Shown here: positions 60,199 through 64,000 of the stretch, piece by piece
Layout: each line of letters starts with the position of its first letter
Numbering within the stretch: the stretch's first letter is position 1
Assembly: GCA_026026165.1 (NCBI GenBank)
Contig: JAPEUD010000014.1
Span: 248,001 to 312,000 of the forward strand
DNA length: 64,000 nt
Source: Sarea resinae
Lineage: Eukaryota
Reading direction: 5' to 3'
Notes under the pieces: model-generated
What the model was told of the DNA's origin: nothing
What the model saw: the letters and a program-made list of their open reading frames with translations, nothing else
The model's database searches: none
Translations under genes and position numbers: made by a program

Positions 60199-61235
60199 TA
60201 GTTTTTCTTTCTTTTCGGTGGGGGAAAGGAGGCGCTTGTTGGGGGGTTTGTTGTTGTGTGGGGCTGGCTGGCTGGCTGGGTGGTGTGTGTGTGTGTGTGT
60301 GTGTGTTCTGGGGCTGAGGGGGGTTGGGGAGAAGGGAGGGAGGAGAAGCGCATGGAGAAGGAGAAAGAGAGGGAGAGAAAAATTAATGGACGATAGATAG
60401 ATGATGGAAGAAACATAGAAACCGTGCGTGTGTGTGCGCGTGGTATCATGCCGCGCGCTCGATACCAAAACGTAATCGACATAACTGCTGAATTGACACG
60501 AATATGGTCTTGATGCCGACTCGTACGTTTTCGTTGCTGGGCTCTGCTGTATTTCGATGGCCTAAGTGCTTTTGCTCTAGTTTCTTCGTTAGGTTCCGGC
60601 TTTGCTAGATTTGCTTCCTGTGACTTGGCTGCTTTCGTCGTCCTTTTCTGTCTCTCTTTTGCTCGTCACTTTTCTGGCCTTTGTTGGCTGGGTGGTGGGC
60701 GCGCTTCAGGTGGCAGGAAGCGCTGCGATGAAGGGTCTGGGTCGAAGGGGAAAACGAAAGTCTAGTAAGGGTTGGGAGGAATGGAGTGAATGGTATGGAT
60801 CTGGTCCGATGCTTGGAAGTAAATAGGAGGACGTATTGGAGAGCGGAGAGGTATGACACTGTTGTAGCTGACGCCACTCTCGCTGGCGTGCGGACACTCG
60901 CAAGACTGGGGAAAGAGAGGGGAGGAAGCTAGGAAGAGCTTTGAGACTGTTATCGGGCACTCTTTGCCTCCTGTGCTATCTGTCCTATAATGTTGAATGA
61001 TGACGCCGGAGTGAAGATTCGAATAGTACGATAGATGACAATACTTTTAAACAAGTCCCCTTAGCCCTTGACCGTGTGGACTGTTTTTTCTTGTCTGAGA
61101 ATATATAACGGGATAACCCTTCGTATGGAAGATCACCACGGGAAACCGAAAACACCAGAGAAATGAAATAGAGAGTCGTTATGTATAAAAATCAGGACGC
61201 CAGCTACTTTACGATTGCCCTCTCTACCATGGATG

Positions 61236-63059
61236 TCATGAGATGTTCTCAAAGGGCTGCTTGTAGCTTGGAAGCTTGTCGGGTTTGCCCTTTGCGCTAA
61301 GGGTGGCGGCGGCGTTACGGCGCTGGCCGATCTGCCGCAGATACCAGGCGATGGTAGCCATGGTCAAAGGCGCCGCGAAGGCGAAGAAGATCCAGAGTTG
61401 GGGCGAGACTTGCAGGCGAGAGTCACCGCCAAAGTTGAAGAAGTCCATGCCGAAGATTGTCTTTGGTACATGTCAGTAATTGTAACAAGGAAAAGGCTAA
61501 AGACTCGGTGAATTGGAAAGAAAGACAAACAGAAAGAGATTGACATACGGCGACGAATGTCGATGGTAGATAGAGCAGCGTGATGATGGTGATGACTCGT
61601 ACGGCCGACGAGTCCTTAAGTGTTGCGCTGGTGAGCTCGACCACGTATTCGCTCTGCTGCTGCGCCAGACCCTGGTACTTGAAATTGAGGGTGTTAGAGA
61701 GTAGCTGGGCGGTGCTTCGGATGTTGTTGGTGAGGAACCCAATCTGCGCTTCATAGGCGGATGTCTGGCTGGCGTATTTGGAGAGGATGTCGACCATGTT
61801 GTCGCGCCTTATGGTGTCCGAGTCCGAATGCGTCAATCCGCAGACGAGGGGAAGAGAAGTGTTCAACGCAGAGAGAGCGGAAAGAGTCTGACTAAAGGAC
61901 CTGAAGATGGCAGTGAGGGGCAGGCAACGACTTTCGACAAAGTGGACGCGTTGAATATTTGCATGGTCCTTGTCTACGGCCCTCGGCTCATCGCTGAAGC
62001 GCATGCCGAGTGCTGTCATGGACTAATGCGTGTTAGCTTTTGAGTTGAAGTGGTGGAGGGTGTAGGCTCCGAACTGACCGGCTCTCGGAGCACCCCCTCG
62101 TAATGGCTCATGTACGTTCTCCAAGCAGAGAAGTGCGTCGAGAAGAGAACAGTGTGCAGGAGCAGAGGATCTCGGGTTAGATCCAGCATTCTCCGTGGGA
62201 CTGTAAGACACTCGTTCATACGCCTCTGGCCGACTGACTCGGGCGTCGGATGAAGCACAATCCAAGTGGATTGCTGAGTGGAATTATTATACTGTTGATA
62301 GACGCCTGTCTGGCGGATCCGCCATGGATCATCTTCCGGAATTGGAACTTTCAGCTCTGGATACTTGAATACATAGGCAATTTCTGAAGCAAGAGTCAGC
62401 GGAACCGTTCAGCGTAGCTTATCGAGCGCTGTCTTCAATTCAAGGAGATGCTCACCACTCATATCGCCCGATTTCTTTGGCCAGACGGAGCCGCAAAATG
62501 CCTCCTCTATCTCTCTGGTCTTTCTTCGAAATGAATATACAACGTCGAGGAATTCCGGCATCACTTTGTGATGGGCCATGATCTTTCGAAGCATCTCTTG
62601 GGTGATCAAGAGCTTAGCCCAAGAATTCCTCTGGCTTATCGATCTGTGTCATCCGGTCAATCGACTAAACATCTGGCATCTGTTTACCAGGGCAGCTTAC
62701 ATGACTCTTGTTCGGTAGCCATCGTTGTTCTTGTCATCCAGGTAAGATGACAAGCCTTGCAGGTCATTGAAGCGGCGTGTTCGCTGCACAGGACCTCCAT
62801 TATTCTCTGGATGTCAAGTTAGTCTGAGCATCCGAATGATGGTCCAGCTTTGCGAGCTGATAGTACCAGTTAGAGGCAAGAGCACATCCACGAGATCGAC
62901 ACGGATCGAGGAGCCAGCGGGCTGGCAAGATTCTGCAAGATCGAATCTTGGTAGGTAACCGTCGTAGTTGATGAGATCAAGCGAATATGCATCCAAGGAA
63001 GACTGCGATGGCGGCTCCTCACTTCTAGCACGAGGCTGAAGAGGAATGGGACTAGTCAT
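61236..63059 (-). CDS. Fungal CorA-like membrane protein (two C-terminal TM helices); 5 introns
   Basis: The exons splice in frame: SISQRNSW..L.IT, V.PEFLDVVYSF, YVFKYPE...WRIRQTGVYQQY, and DSSAVRVITIITLLYLPSTFVA|TIFGMDFF followed by WIFFAFAAPLT. Confidence 0.85.
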
Positions 63060-64000
63060 GCCCACAATCAAGGAAGGAAGCAAGCAACAGAGACTCGGAA
63101 GTGGGAGATCAACGCGAGGCGTGGGAGTTAATAATAGGACACTGCTTGCACAGGAGGAAGTACGAGATGGGACTTGAAGTCTTATACCGGGGCAAATCTA
63201 CACCAAATCTGCACTGCCATGTGAGGCTCAGCAGGCCAAGGAGCCCGTTGAGCCTTGCACAGCACGGTAAAACAAAACATATACATACAGGCACACACAG
63301 AGGGGCATCTTACGAGCATAGCCAGCCAGAAAAAACTGAGATGTGCCACCGCGTGAAAGTGTCTTCGATCGCATTGGATCAGTCAAGGTAAGGTAGGTAG
63401 GGTAGGTAGTAATGAATTCAATTTGTTCCTTTCGTACATGAGGCACCAGAACTCCAGATGATCATGATTTACAGCCCCATTGCCCCATTCCTCCACTGTC
63501 GCAGCAAAGGGAGACGGAGCTGCCCGCTGGCTGGTGGGCGGTGTCAGCAACACCTCCCGTCCGTACTCCTAAACTCCCATGTAACTATGTATACCTCTCT
63601 GTCGCTCGGTAGCGCCGCATCGATAGCTGATCTGCTGCGGCCCGTCCTCTCCTTTGCTCAGCCCTCCCAGCCCCTCCCAGCCCCTCCCATGTCAGCACCC
63701 ACATTGGATCCATGGATCCATGGATGTCACTCGCAAGCGTCTCTGAAGTGCCAAAGCGAGTAAAGTCAGCTAGTCGGCTACAAAGGGTCCAACGGATATA
63801 GGGCTGCGAAAGGGAAAGAAGGGATCATGGATCGTACGCTAATTCGTCCTGTGTACTCCGTCCAGAGGAATCAATTAGCTTTCGCAAAGACGGCCCGAAG
63901 GATTCATCACATCCCCCCCCGGGGAGGCTAGGGATGTATGTAGGGTATCTAAGGTAGGCTGAGCTTACCTCAGTCACGGTACGCGGGACGGCAAAGGACC

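Overview
Gene-dense eukaryotic DNA from a filamentous ascomycete (Pezizomycotina, inferred from GT-AG introns of mostly 50-200 nt with CTRAC-type branch sites and from the protein content). I can build 18 protein-coding genes. They are: a partial orphan gene, a phenol-hydroxylase-type FAD monooxygenase, DNA polymerase delta subunit 4, a GPI-anchored CFEM protein, the divergent ATP-citrate lyase pair, a DDHD phospholipase, two SDRs, UBA2, an MCH1-type MFS transporter, EME1/MMS4, ALG2, a kinesin-4-like motor, a DENN protein, BCD1, a TBC Rab-GAP and a fungal CorA-like protein. There is also one intron-containing tRNA-Glu(CTC). I found no CRISPR array, rRNA, transposase or biosynthetic cluster. 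The best leads for something undescribed are non-coding. First, a 484-nt, hairpin-packed intron in the ATP-citrate lyase beta gene. Second, a TATA-led, apparently spliced transcript with no long ORF between the kinesin and DENN genes. Third, a recurring layout in which wide convergent gene junctions carry microsatellite-rich spacers and GC-shifted 3' exons. Fourth, recurring TACGGAGTA and CAGGCAC promoter motifs. All product calls come from recognising motifs by eye; no database search was run.
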